In this document: positions 15,578-23,869 of the stretch, piece by piece | How positions within the stretch are numbered: the stretch's first letter is position 1 | How the letters are laid out: every line of letters starts with the position of its first letter | From: a virus | DNA length: 64,000 nt | Reading direction: 5' to 3' (one strand) | IMG/VR virus record: IMGVR_UViG_3300025127_000009 | Span: 128,598-192,597 of that record | Program-made: the position numbers and the translations under genes | Notes under the pieces: model-generated | The model's input: only the letters and a program-made list of their open reading frames with translations | Told to the model about the DNA's origin: nothing | The model's database searches: none

Positions 15578-18500
15578 TTAAGCCAATAATTTAAACATTT
15601 TTCTAACAGATCTAGTGCTAAAGCCCCACTGAGGATCCCAATCGAGTCGGGCCATGTAGGGCCTATTCACAAAAACAAAGTCTTTCTCTGGTTTGACTCC
15701 CCAACACTTAATTGTGTTAGTTTCTGAGTTTGAATCAACAACCCTAACAATATAAAAGTCTTTACCGTTGCGTGTCTTCTTGACTATAACTTCGCGAGGT
15801 ATAAACCAACACACTTGAAGTTCGGCGTCAAACTCAGATATCGGAGGTATCATTAAACTATCAATTTTGCTTTGCAAATTTTCATTCATTACTAAACTAA
15901 TTGGAAACACTCCGATTAAATCTACAAGGTATTGTATTTTTTCTTCTTCGGTGAAGTCCCCTTCATCTCTATAGTTGTTGATGTTCTCCAAAAGATTTTT
16001 TTCTTTCCTCGGCCTATCAACCGCGATTGAAGACCAAAAATGCTTAAGACCTGTAAATCTTTCATCCATCAGGCAGTTAAGCGCTTGGCTTCTGCAGAGT
16101 GCATCTAATGACTTTTTATTCAATTTAGAATACACAATATTATCATTGAATATAAACTCCTCTATTGTGTCGAAAGGCCTATTTTCTATAATTTGCTTTA
16201 TCGCTGAATCGCCTAACCCCTTTATAGAGGACAAAGGCTGAATCAAAGTTTTGCCATCGCTGCTAATCTCCCACACTACACCAGAAGTATTAACGTTTAA
16301 CGGCTCTATAGAAAAGCCATAAGACTTGGCTATGTTGATAGCCTTCTCTTTTCTGCTATCTGGCTCTTTATCAAGGAATGCAGCCATCCAACACTCAGGA
16401 TAATAATTCAACAACCAAGCACACTGGAAAGACAGAACACAATAGGAAACCGCATGAGATTTATTAAAGCCGTATCCTGAAAAGTACTCAAACTTATCCC
16501 ATATTTCTTTTGCCTCATATACTTTCATTCCTTTCTCTATGCACCCATCTTTAAACTTGCACCAAATTTTATCTTTTTCTTTTTCGACCTCGCCTGTGCC
16601 TTTCTTTGTCAAAAGTTTGCGCAACTTGTTGCCTTCGTCTAGACTTAGATCTTTACCAAGTTTATGAGCCAACAAAGCAATCTGCTCTTGAAAAATAAGA
16701 AAGCCGTAAGTTTCTTCAGTGACTTCTCTTACATAATAGTTTAAATACTCTACCTCATGCGGATTTTGTTTTGCCCCAACATAAGCCTTGTCTACCCCTG
16801 CCGACAAAGGACCGGGCCTATATATGGAAGTAATAGCAGCAAGATCAGTTATATTATCTGGCTGTGCCTGTTTGCAAAAAGACTGCGCTCCACCCTCTGT
16901 AAACTGAAATATTCCAGCCCATTTACCTTCATGGAATATATTTTGCCAAACCTGTTTATCATCCAAGTTTAGCCTTTCGGGATGCAAGTTGTTTTCATAA
17001 AAGTTTTTTATATCTTCAAAACTAGGATCCTCTATATCGTGATATCTTTTCAAGACATGTCCTATCGCACCCTCTATCATCCTAAGAGATGCCAGACCCA
17101 ATATGTCAAACTTAATAAAACCCATTGGCTCCAAGTGTCTGACATTCATACCTTCTGACCAAGGAGTTTGGGTGACACCACCACTGTTTATAAGAGGCAT
17201 CCATTCATTTAAATTTTCACCAACCACTACACCACCAGCATGCCTAGATGCTGACCTGGTTTGTCCGTAAAGCGCATTAACATGTGTTTTAACATCTGGA
17301 TATTTATCCAAGAACTTTTGTAAAGATTCAGAATATTCCATAAGTTCTTCAAATGTTGGATTGTAAACACCTGCACTAATACCGTGCGCCTTCTTCGCCA
17401 AAGGGGTTGCTTCGTGGACCATCTTATTTGTAACGGCATTAACTTCAGTAAATTCTATACCATAAAATTTTGAAATATCTTTTATTAACGACCTTAATTG
17501 AAGCGTATTCCAATTGGTTATCGGGACAACAGTTGTGCTCCCCCACTCCTCTATCAATTGTTCTTTGAGAACCATTGGATCAGATACATCATAGTCAATA
17601 TCAGGATAGCCTGAGCCACCCTTTGTCAAGAATCTTTCAAATTGAAGTCCGTGACGTATTGGATCAACCTGCGTAATCCCAAGGGCATATGCAACTAATG
17701 ATCCTGCTGCTGAGCCTCGACCCGCACCCGTCAGTTGCATTAACGTTGCTTTATCAGCAATTGCTTTCATTGTCAAAAAGTACTTTGAAAAACCTCTCTC
17801 TTCAATTACGGCAACCTCTCTTTTCAACCTGCTGACATACGCGGACTTATTGTGAAAGCCTTTTTCTTTCGCCCCAGATATACAAAGCATAGCCAATGCT
17901 TGCCCTGGAGTTTGTCCTTCGGGCACGACAAAATCAGGCAAGCGAACTGTATTGTCGGGAAGGAAAGATTCTATTCTATCAAAGGCTATCTTGTGCGTCT
18001 CTTTTATTGAATTTAAAATTAGTTCATCATCATATTCGACTCCACACATTTTAGAGTATTTCTTATAAGAATCCCACATCTGATCACCATTCTTGGGGTA
18101 CAGTTCATAGCCAATCTCTTCAACGTCAATCGGTAGTTCGCTGCTAAGCCATTCTGGCCTCTTACCTAAGAAGCCCAATCTCTTGTATAGTTCTCTATCT
18201 TTCCAAGCATCTGGAGAATAGTAATGAGAATCAGCGGTTGATATAAGTTCTATTCCAAACTCATAATGCATTTGTATTATATATTGATTTAATTCGTGTT
18301 GCTCAGGCACATTATTCCACTGTAATTCACCATACCACCTGTCTCCAAATATAGATTGCATTTTTTGTGTGGTGTGCCTCATTGCGTCTACAATAGCATC
18401 TTGACCGGCGTCACGATTTTGCCAGTAATTGCCTGCATAAACCCCCCCAAGACATGCACTGGCAGCAATAACACCCTCGTTATGTTTCTTCAACATTGCA

Positions 18501-19009
18501 TAATCAATACGAGGATATCGATAAAAGTTTTCTGAACTGTATGATTTTGAAATCATTTTAAAGATATTCTGTAGGCCCGTTTGATTTTGGGCTAAAAGAA
18601 TAAGATGACTTCTACGATTCAAAATAGACTTCATCTTCTTTTTAGAAGCCTCATTTTCAATTGTCGCGCCTGATCTAACATCATCTAGTTGCTTTTTGCT
18701 TTTAGCATCTTCTTTCGCTTTATTGTAATCTTCCCTCCAATTAGCAATTGATGGAATAAAATATGCTTCACAGCCAAAAATAGGCTTGAATTCTTTACCT
18801 TGATCTTGCATCTTCTTGGCATGAAGTACCTGATATGCCAAACCATTTGCATTGCCATGATCTGTAAGCGCCAATGCATTCATTCCATTGTTGTATGCAT
18901 AATCCATATGCTGCTGTGGATAACCCAGAGCATCAAACAATGATCCTGCAACGGAATGTGCATGTAAACCAACGAAAGGTATAGATGGATTTTCTCGGTT
19001 CTCTGTCAT
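15578..19009 (-). CDS. dnaE: DNA polymerase III alpha subunit (family C, DnaE type)
   Basis: PHP domain (HAHS, TDHG, ADSH), 'GRGSAAGSLVAY', catalytic 'PDIDYD', 'KFDILGL', 'YGFNKSHA', C-terminal OB fold. Confidence 0.97.
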   Translation of the reverse strand: MTENRENPSIPFVGLHAHSVAGSLFDALGYPQQHMDYAYNNGMNALALTDHGNANGLAYQVLHAKKMQDQGKEFKPIFGCEAYFIPSIANWREDYNKAKEDAKSKKQLDDVRSGATIENEASKKKMKSILNRRSHLILLAQNQTGLQNIFKMISKSYSSENFYRYPRIDYAMLKKHNEGVIAASACLGGVYAGNYWQNRDAGQDAIVDAMRHTTQKMQSIFGDRWYGELQWNNVPEQHELNQYIIQMHYEFGIELISTADSHYYSPDAWKDRELYKRLGFLGKRPEWLSSELPIDVEEIGYELYPKNGDQMWDSYKKYSKMCGVEYDDELILNSIKETHKIAFDRIESFLPDNTVRLPDFVVPEGQTPGQALAMLCISGAKEKGFHNKSAYVSRLKREVAVIEERGFSKYFLTMKAIADKATLMQLTGAGRGSAAGSLVAYALGITQVDPIRHGLQFERFLTKGGSGYPDIDYDVSDPMVLKEQLIEEWGSTTVVPITNWNTLQLRSLIKDISKFYGIEFTEVNAVTNKMVHEATPLAKKAHGISAGVYNPTFEELMEYSESLQKFLDKYPDVKTHVNALYGQTRSASRHAGGVVVGENLNEWMPLINSGGVTQTPWSEGMNVRHLEPMGFIKFDILGLASLRMIEGAIGHVLKRYHDIEDPSFEDIKNFYENNLHPERLNLDDKQVWQNIFHEGKWAGIFQFTEGGAQSFCKQAQPDNITDLAAITSIYRPGPLSAGVDKAYVGAKQNPHEVEYLNYYVREVTEETYGFLIFQEQIALLAHKLGKDLSLDEGNKLRKLLTKKGTGEVEKEKDKIWCKFKDGCIEKGMKVYEAKEIWDKFEYFSGYGFNKSHAVSYCVLSFQCAWLLNYYPECWMAAFLDKEPDSRKEKAINIAKSYGFSIEPLNVNTSGVVWEISSDGKTLIQPLSSIKGLGDSAIKQIIENRPFDTIEEFIFNDNIVYSKLNKKSLDALCRSQALNCLMDERFTGLKHFWSSIAVDRPRKEKNLLENINNYRDEGDFTEEEKIQYLVDLIGVFPISLVMNENLQSKIDSLMIPPISEFDAELQVCWFIPREVIVKKTRNGKDFYIVRVVDSNSETNTIKCWGVKPEKDFVFVNRPYMARLDWDPQWGFSTRSVRKMFKLLA

Positions 19010-19837
19010 TTATAAATGCCTTTCAATCTTTTTTATATTTCCAGTAAATAAACTTTTCCAAAATGGTATCGATTCAAAACTTAAACCTTGTTTAAAAAAT
19101 GTTTGATACCCTTTCCAATCTTTTATATTAAAGTAACTATCAACATGACTCGTAGCCATATTTTCCCTCATTATATCATCGCCAAAAATAATGTCAAGAC
19201 TAAACTGAGTTTTTGTGTTCATTCTTTTGTATAAATAATTGCAATGTTTAAATTGTTTCGGGCTTAAACTAAAACCTAAATGATCATTTGTAAATACACT
19301 TTTATTTTCAAAGTTAAATACGAACGAATCATGTGATAATATCTTATCTCTTTGCTCTTTGATGAGATAAGGGTCATAAACTCCATAAGGACTTGAAACA
19401 TAATATCTTTGTGGCACAACCCATTTAGATATATTACTACTAACTGCAAAACAAGCAGTTATACCATCTAATACTGAAACCCCTAATCCTTCCTTGTTTT
19501 GATTTTTATACGACAAAGGAGAATAAAATATCGGTATTGATTTTAGATTCTCTTGAGGAAAAACTTTGTATTTAGAATTAATAATCGCGATTGGATCTTG
19601 TATAAAGTCTCCGCAGATCTTTTTTATCAAAGGAGCAATAGAGTCGTCGCAGACAACCCATATCGTCTTACACCCAGCAAAAGCGCACTCTACAATACTT
19701 CTTTGTATAGCATAAAAACCATTATCTATAGGCATAACACAGGGGTGGAAAATCAAATCAAAATCAGAATTAATTTTAGATACTGGGACAATCCCTGCGA
19801 TATGCTTGCTCAATGCGTTTTTCGTCGTCGTATCCAT
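19010..19837 (-). CDS. Divergent sugar-nucleotidyltransferase (NTP_transferase/GT-A)-like protein
   Basis: N-terminal 'IAGIVPV...HPCVMPI....AIQRSIVECAFAGCKTIWVV' follows the 'AGII.A...PK.LLPI...I......AG...I.IV' pattern. The GxGxR loop is degenerate. Confidence 0.5.
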   Translation of the reverse strand: MDTTTKNALSKHIAGIVPVSKINSDFDLIFHPCVMPIDNGFYAIQRSIVECAFAGCKTIWVVCDDSIAPLIKKICGDFIQDPIAIINSKYKVFPQENLKSIPIFYSPLSYKNQNKEGLGVSVLDGITACFAVSSNISKWVVPQRYYVSSPYGVYDPYLIKEQRDKILSHDSFVFNFENKSVFTNDHLGFSLSPKQFKHCNYLYKRMNTKTQFSLDIIFGDDIMRENMATSHVDSYFNIKDWKGYQTFFKQGLSFESIPFWKSLFTGNIKKIERHL

Positions 19838-20549
19838 AATTCTTTATCTTTTCGCTGCTTTCAAACACAGTTTTTTCGATTGTCTCAACGTGCCTAGAAG
19901 TTACGACCAAAAGAGGTTTTTTTCTATACTTGCCGTCTTTAGTCGCTGGTGCTGTTTCAATGTTTAAATCTTTTAATATCTTCTGCAAAACAAATCTAGA
20001 CATTGTGTCAGAATAATTAAAATCTAATAACTGCTCTTTATTTAAAACAGAAACGCACACAGCATTTCTTGGGCCTTCAAACAATATTTCTTTTATAAAA
20101 GTGTCAGTAGGACTAATGCCATCTAATTCCGAAACATTGCAATAAGATATCTTAACAAAGTCCAAAACTTTATACAAGCCTAAATTTATTATCTTCTCAA
20201 CATTATTAATGCATTTGATCTTAGAATCACTAAACAGTAAACACTCCTTATATTCAAGAGAAATTTTCTTCTTCGATAAATTAAAAAGTATTTTATCCTC
20301 CACTCTAACATAATCTGGATTTGAATGATTCCTAAGTAACCCTCTCTCTGAAACAATAAATTTTAAAAATTGCCAGCAATCAAAGTGCTTTGTAAAAGAA
20401 ATATTTTCTACTATCAGTGGCTCTAAAAATCGCTGGTCAACAGAAGGTGCTTTAAAAGAAGACAAAACTATTGGTATATTCTTGTGATAAGATAAAAGCA
20501 AAGCGCTCAAACTTGAGCCAACTATTATCTTGTCATCATTCACAGGCAC
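19776..20549 (-). CDS. Hypothetical protein with a degenerate dinucleotide-binding (Rossmann-like) start
   Basis: 'DDKIIVGSSLSALLLSY' resembles D-x-I-I-V-G-x-G-x-x-(G/A). Confidence 0.4.
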   Translation of the reverse strand: MPVNDDKIIVGSSLSALLLSYHKNIPIVLSSFKAPSVDQRFLEPLIVENISFTKHFDCWQFLKFIVSERGLLRNHSNPDYVRVEDKILFNLSKKKISLEYKECLLFSDSKIKCINNVEKIINLGLYKVLDFVKISYCNVSELDGISPTDTFIKEILFEGPRNAVCVSVLNKEQLLDFNYSDTMSRFVLQKILKDLNIETAPATKDGKYRKKPLLVVTSRHVETIEKTVFESSEKIKNYGYDDEKRIEQAYRRDCPSI

Positions 20550-22792
20550 ACTAACCCTATGTAATCATAACGATGTGCTACAAAGTTAACTGGCTGTGTC
20601 TCGTTGTTTGATTGCTGCCCTGAATTGTCAGATGGCCCTAGACATGCTTCATCGATTATGGACATTAAATTTTCGTACATCTGATTTTGATTCCAAGTTA
20701 GTTCAAAGGACCTGCCGCCTGTTTGAATCGCCCAGTCTTCCCAATTAGCAGCGTTGTGAGGGTTTATAAAAGTATAAAGTTTAAATCTATTGATTCCTCC
20801 TAGCGTCGTTGTTATTAAGTCTTGTGTTATTTCAGGATCGAGCCAAGATTGATCTTCTTCGTCAGTAAAAACAATTGCAACTCTATCTACGTTCTGTCTC
20901 CAATTAATCTTGAAGTTCTCTTTACTTGGAGTTGATGCAGTGTCACTAAGCCAAATAGAGTTTCTAACATCAAAATTAGCATTTGAAGATATATCTCTCG
21001 TAACAAAATACAGAGCATCCCTGAGCATTTCCTGGCTAGTATCCATACCTTCAGCATCTAACGCTGCGAAAGACGAAAGAAAATCTTCAAAAGGAGATAT
21101 ATCAGTTACCAAGTACAGTCTCTCTCTTTCGCGATCATCTTTCTTAGGACCAATTACAAGGCCCCAATGAAGTTTATCTTCTGCCTGAAAATGTGCTGCA
21201 AAACGATTTAATGCTGATCGAACCGCTGTTATCTCCTCATCCATTGAACCTGACCAATCAACAATGAACAAAATATCTGTTTCTTTAATCTCTTCTCCGT
21301 AGTCTGTTTCTCCGTCGCAGTCATTATCTGCACCATCACAAACTTCTTGTTGTGGGGTAATTTCATCTTTACAAAGGTCTCTACGGAAACGATCCCACCT
21401 ATCGAAATTACCCCACTGTCCTTGATTGCAAACCATGTTTCCAGCAATACAAACCCCGACATCCAAAGTTCCATCTGGCCCTGTATAGCACGCTACCATC
21501 AACTCCTCATCAATATTTTGGTCGCAGTCTTCATCAAAATTGTTACATATTTCATTTTGTACTGCCATGCCCGCATAACGGTCACATTCTTGATTAGCCA
21601 ACGTTTCTAACTGTGCACATAACGCAAGACATTCTGACATCCCTAATTGTGTGCATTCAGGAGGATCATTGCAAGTGCAAGTTTTAAATCCTTGGCCACA
21701 CCTTAAAGGTGGTTCAGTGCAAGGAATCAATACTCCAACATCTTGCACAGTGCAATCGCAGTTAAGACCTTCATCAATTAACCCATCACAATCTTGGTCT
21801 ATACCATCACAAGGATCAACCTCTTCTTCTGGTTCAGGAACAGTGCAAGATATCCAATTACCAGAAGAACAAGTCTCAAAACCAACACCGCAAGCAGTTT
21901 CACACTCACGAATTAAATCTTCATCAACACTGCCGTCGCAGTCATTATCTTGTCCGTCACACTCATCAGCAGGGACTGGGCCGCATTTGTCGCACTCATT
22001 GCGCTGACCCTCGTCTACTCTTGAGTCACAATCATTATCTTCATAATCACAAACTTCTTCGTTGGGGAAGGGTGCATCGCAATCTATGATCTGTTGGTCA
22101 ACACAGAATCCCCAACCCGTACCACATTCACTTTCGCAGAGAAACCTACCCTCGTCTACCCTATCATCGCAGTCATTATCTTCTCCATCACAGGATTCAT
22201 CCTGACAAGGCCGACAAGGGCCGTGAATCAAATTTCCTTTATTGCAAACAACTCTCTGTTTGCCAAACCGACCATCAGCCAACTCACAGTCAAACCACTG
22301 AGTTTGATTAATCTCTGTGTTAGGGGGACACTCGAAAGCCAGTTCACACTCTTCTCTTCGAATAATTTGAGGAGGAGGACAACCTTCATCAAAGCCAAAA
22401 TCACAAGGTTGGCTAGTTTCGTCACACACAGAAACAGTGACTCTTGATCTATGAATCTGGTTATCCGGACGAGGTGGGCAATACCATTGCTGCTGTTCAC
22501 AACACTGTGGATTACACCTACAATAAAGTTCGAAATCTGAAGGATCCTCGTCTCCTTCGCACTCACTAGTGAAGCCTACCTCGCTCACTGGTGGTAAGTC
22601 TGTGCCTGCCGTGCTCAAAGGAGTAAAAACATCAATTGGCACAGACCCAGCAGAAGACTCTTCAATTGGTAATTCAGGAGGAATTGCTAGGCTTGGTTCA
22701 CCTGCCGCTTGAACTTGAGCGTATTCAGATGATGCCGTCTTATCATTACAAGATAACAATGAAAATAAAATTAATATTGCTAAGTACTTCAC
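20540..22792 (-). CDS. Lipoprotein with six Cys/Asp-rich MopE-like repeats and a C-terminal vWA domain
   Basis: Signal peptide ending in 'LLSC' (Cys15). Six C-D-x-x-D-(N/Q/E)-D-C-D-x-x-x-D units. MIDAS 'DWSGSM' ... 'FTDEED'. Confidence 0.8.
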   Translation of the reverse strand: MKYLAILILFSLLSCNDKTASSEYAQVQAAGEPSLAIPPELPIEESSAGSVPIDVFTPLSTAGTDLPPVSEVGFTSECEGDEDPSDFELYCRCNPQCCEQQQWYCPPRPDNQIHRSRVTVSVCDETSQPCDFGFDEGCPPPQIIRREECELAFECPPNTEINQTQWFDCELADGRFGKQRVVCNKGNLIHGPCRPCQDESCDGEDNDCDDRVDEGRFLCESECGTGWGFCVDQQIIDCDAPFPNEEVCDYEDNDCDSRVDEGQRNECDKCGPVPADECDGQDNDCDGSVDEDLIRECETACGVGFETCSSGNWISCTVPEPEEEVDPCDGIDQDCDGLIDEGLNCDCTVQDVGVLIPCTEPPLRCGQGFKTCTCNDPPECTQLGMSECLALCAQLETLANQECDRYAGMAVQNEICNNFDEDCDQNIDEELMVACYTGPDGTLDVGVCIAGNMVCNQGQWGNFDRWDRFRRDLCKDEITPQQEVCDGADNDCDGETDYGEEIKETDILFIVDWSGSMDEEITAVRSALNRFAAHFQAEDKLHWGLVIGPKKDDRERERLYLVTDISPFEDFLSSFAALDAEGMDTSQEMLRDALYFVTRDISSNANFDVRNSIWLSDTASTPSKENFKINWRQNVDRVAIVFTDEEDQSWLDPEITQDLITTTLGGINRFKLYTFINPHNAANWEDWAIQTGGRSFELTWNQNQMYENLMSIIDEACLGPSDNSGQQSNNETQPVNFVAHRYDYIGLVCL

Positions 22793-22795
22793 TTC

Positions 22796-23500
22796 TTACT
22801 CCAAGTCATACTTTTTTCTATACGCCTTAACAGAAAAAGGGAAATGCTTTTCTGCTATTTTCAAACAGGCTTTCGCAACTTGTTGAATTTCCCACTGTGC
22901 TCCTTCGTGTACACGCAAAGAAACAAACTTTAAAAGGTTGTGTAAATTTACCGTGCCATAATATTGAGTATATAAATTTTGAGGCAACACACCTCTTGCT
23001 TGCTCTCTACAGACCCCTGCTTTTAGCATTGAATCAAAAAGTTTTACACATTCTCTGTGATGTGCAGATACTAAATTTGAAGCCGTTGAAGATACAGGCC
23101 ATCCGGCCCTGTTGTATTCCAACAAAGGGTCGTTTGTTTCATCAGTGCTTGCCTGACGATTAGACTTGTGTTGTGTCCTAAAACTTTGTGGCTCGTAGAA
23201 CTGTAAGTCAACACTAGTATATCTCCTGCTAATCTCATTGTAAGCCCAAGTTCTATGCCTGTGGTGTTGGCTTCTAATAAAAAGAGGTACCACAAACTTC
23301 ATAGTTATAGCACAGTGCTCAAAAGGGCTTGTATGATTGTGATTCATAAGATAGTTAATTAACTTAACATCTTTATCGTCCACCGCTTCCTTCTCTACAT
23401 TAAAAGAAACGCGAGCAGCATTGACAACAGAGAGGTCTGTTCCCATGTGAGATATGTATTCAACTGACCCAATACCGTCTTCAAAAATATCAATTTTCAT
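22796..23500 (-). CDS. thyX: FAD-dependent thymidylate synthase
   Basis: RHR-x7-S-x-R motif 'RHRTWAYNEISRRY', 'HTSPFEH', 'REQARGVLP'. Confidence 0.97.
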   Translation of the reverse strand: MKIDIFEDGIGSVEYISHMGTDLSVVNAARVSFNVEKEAVDDKDVKLINYLMNHNHTSPFEHCAITMKFVVPLFIRSQHHRHRTWAYNEISRRYTSVDLQFYEPQSFRTQHKSNRQASTDETNDPLLEYNRAGWPVSSTASNLVSAHHRECVKLFDSMLKAGVCREQARGVLPQNLYTQYYGTVNLHNLLKFVSLRVHEGAQWEIQQVAKACLKIAEKHFPFSVKAYRKKYDLE

Positions 23501-23816
23501 CTAAGCCCCTAAAAATACCCATAACATAGTTTTCCAATATAAAATAGTGAACCTTATCTTTTAAGACTACTTCTTCAATCATAGTCTTATCAACCACAAT
23601 TACATTGTTTTCGGGGAGAGAAGTAGTTTTCAATCTTTGAAAAACAGTTGCACAGTCTGGCGCTACCTTCACCACTGTTGCTAATATATATCTATCTTCT
23701 TCTGGTTTAAAATCTTCTGGTAGTAGTACAGGGGAATCAGGCTCCCCCTTATTAAAATGTGGTACAATCGTTATGTGACGATTGACTGGATTTAACGCAC
23801 GCAAAAACCTAGACAT
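23490..23816 (-). CDS. groES: GroES-like co-chaperonin
   Basis: 'LNPVNRHITIVP', mobile-loop-like 'PDSPVLLPE', 'ATVVKVAPD', 'FILENYVMG'. Confidence 0.7.
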   Translation of the reverse strand: MSRFLRALNPVNRHITIVPHFNKGEPDSPVLLPEDFKPEEDRYILATVVKVAPDCATVFQRLKTTSLPENNVIVVDKTMIEEVVLKDKVHYFILENYVMGIFRGLDEN

Positions 23817-23834
23817 GAATCCTCCTTTCTTTAT

Positions 23835-23863
23835 AGCATAGACAATTATATCATCAATGTCAA
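23835..23863 (-). promoter_or_regulatory. Sigma70-like promoter TTGACA-N17-TATGCT for groES-thyX
   Basis: -35 at 23863..23858, -10 at 23840..23835, followed by SD AAAGGAGG. Confidence 0.7.
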
Positions 23864-23869
23864 ATGGTT

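Noticed and set aside
8086-19009. Bacterial chromosome origin suggested by groEL, iscU, clpP, guaB and dnaE
   Set aside because: The genes are divergent, lack their usual operon partners and are interleaved with phage-type ORFs on the same strand as the virion module.
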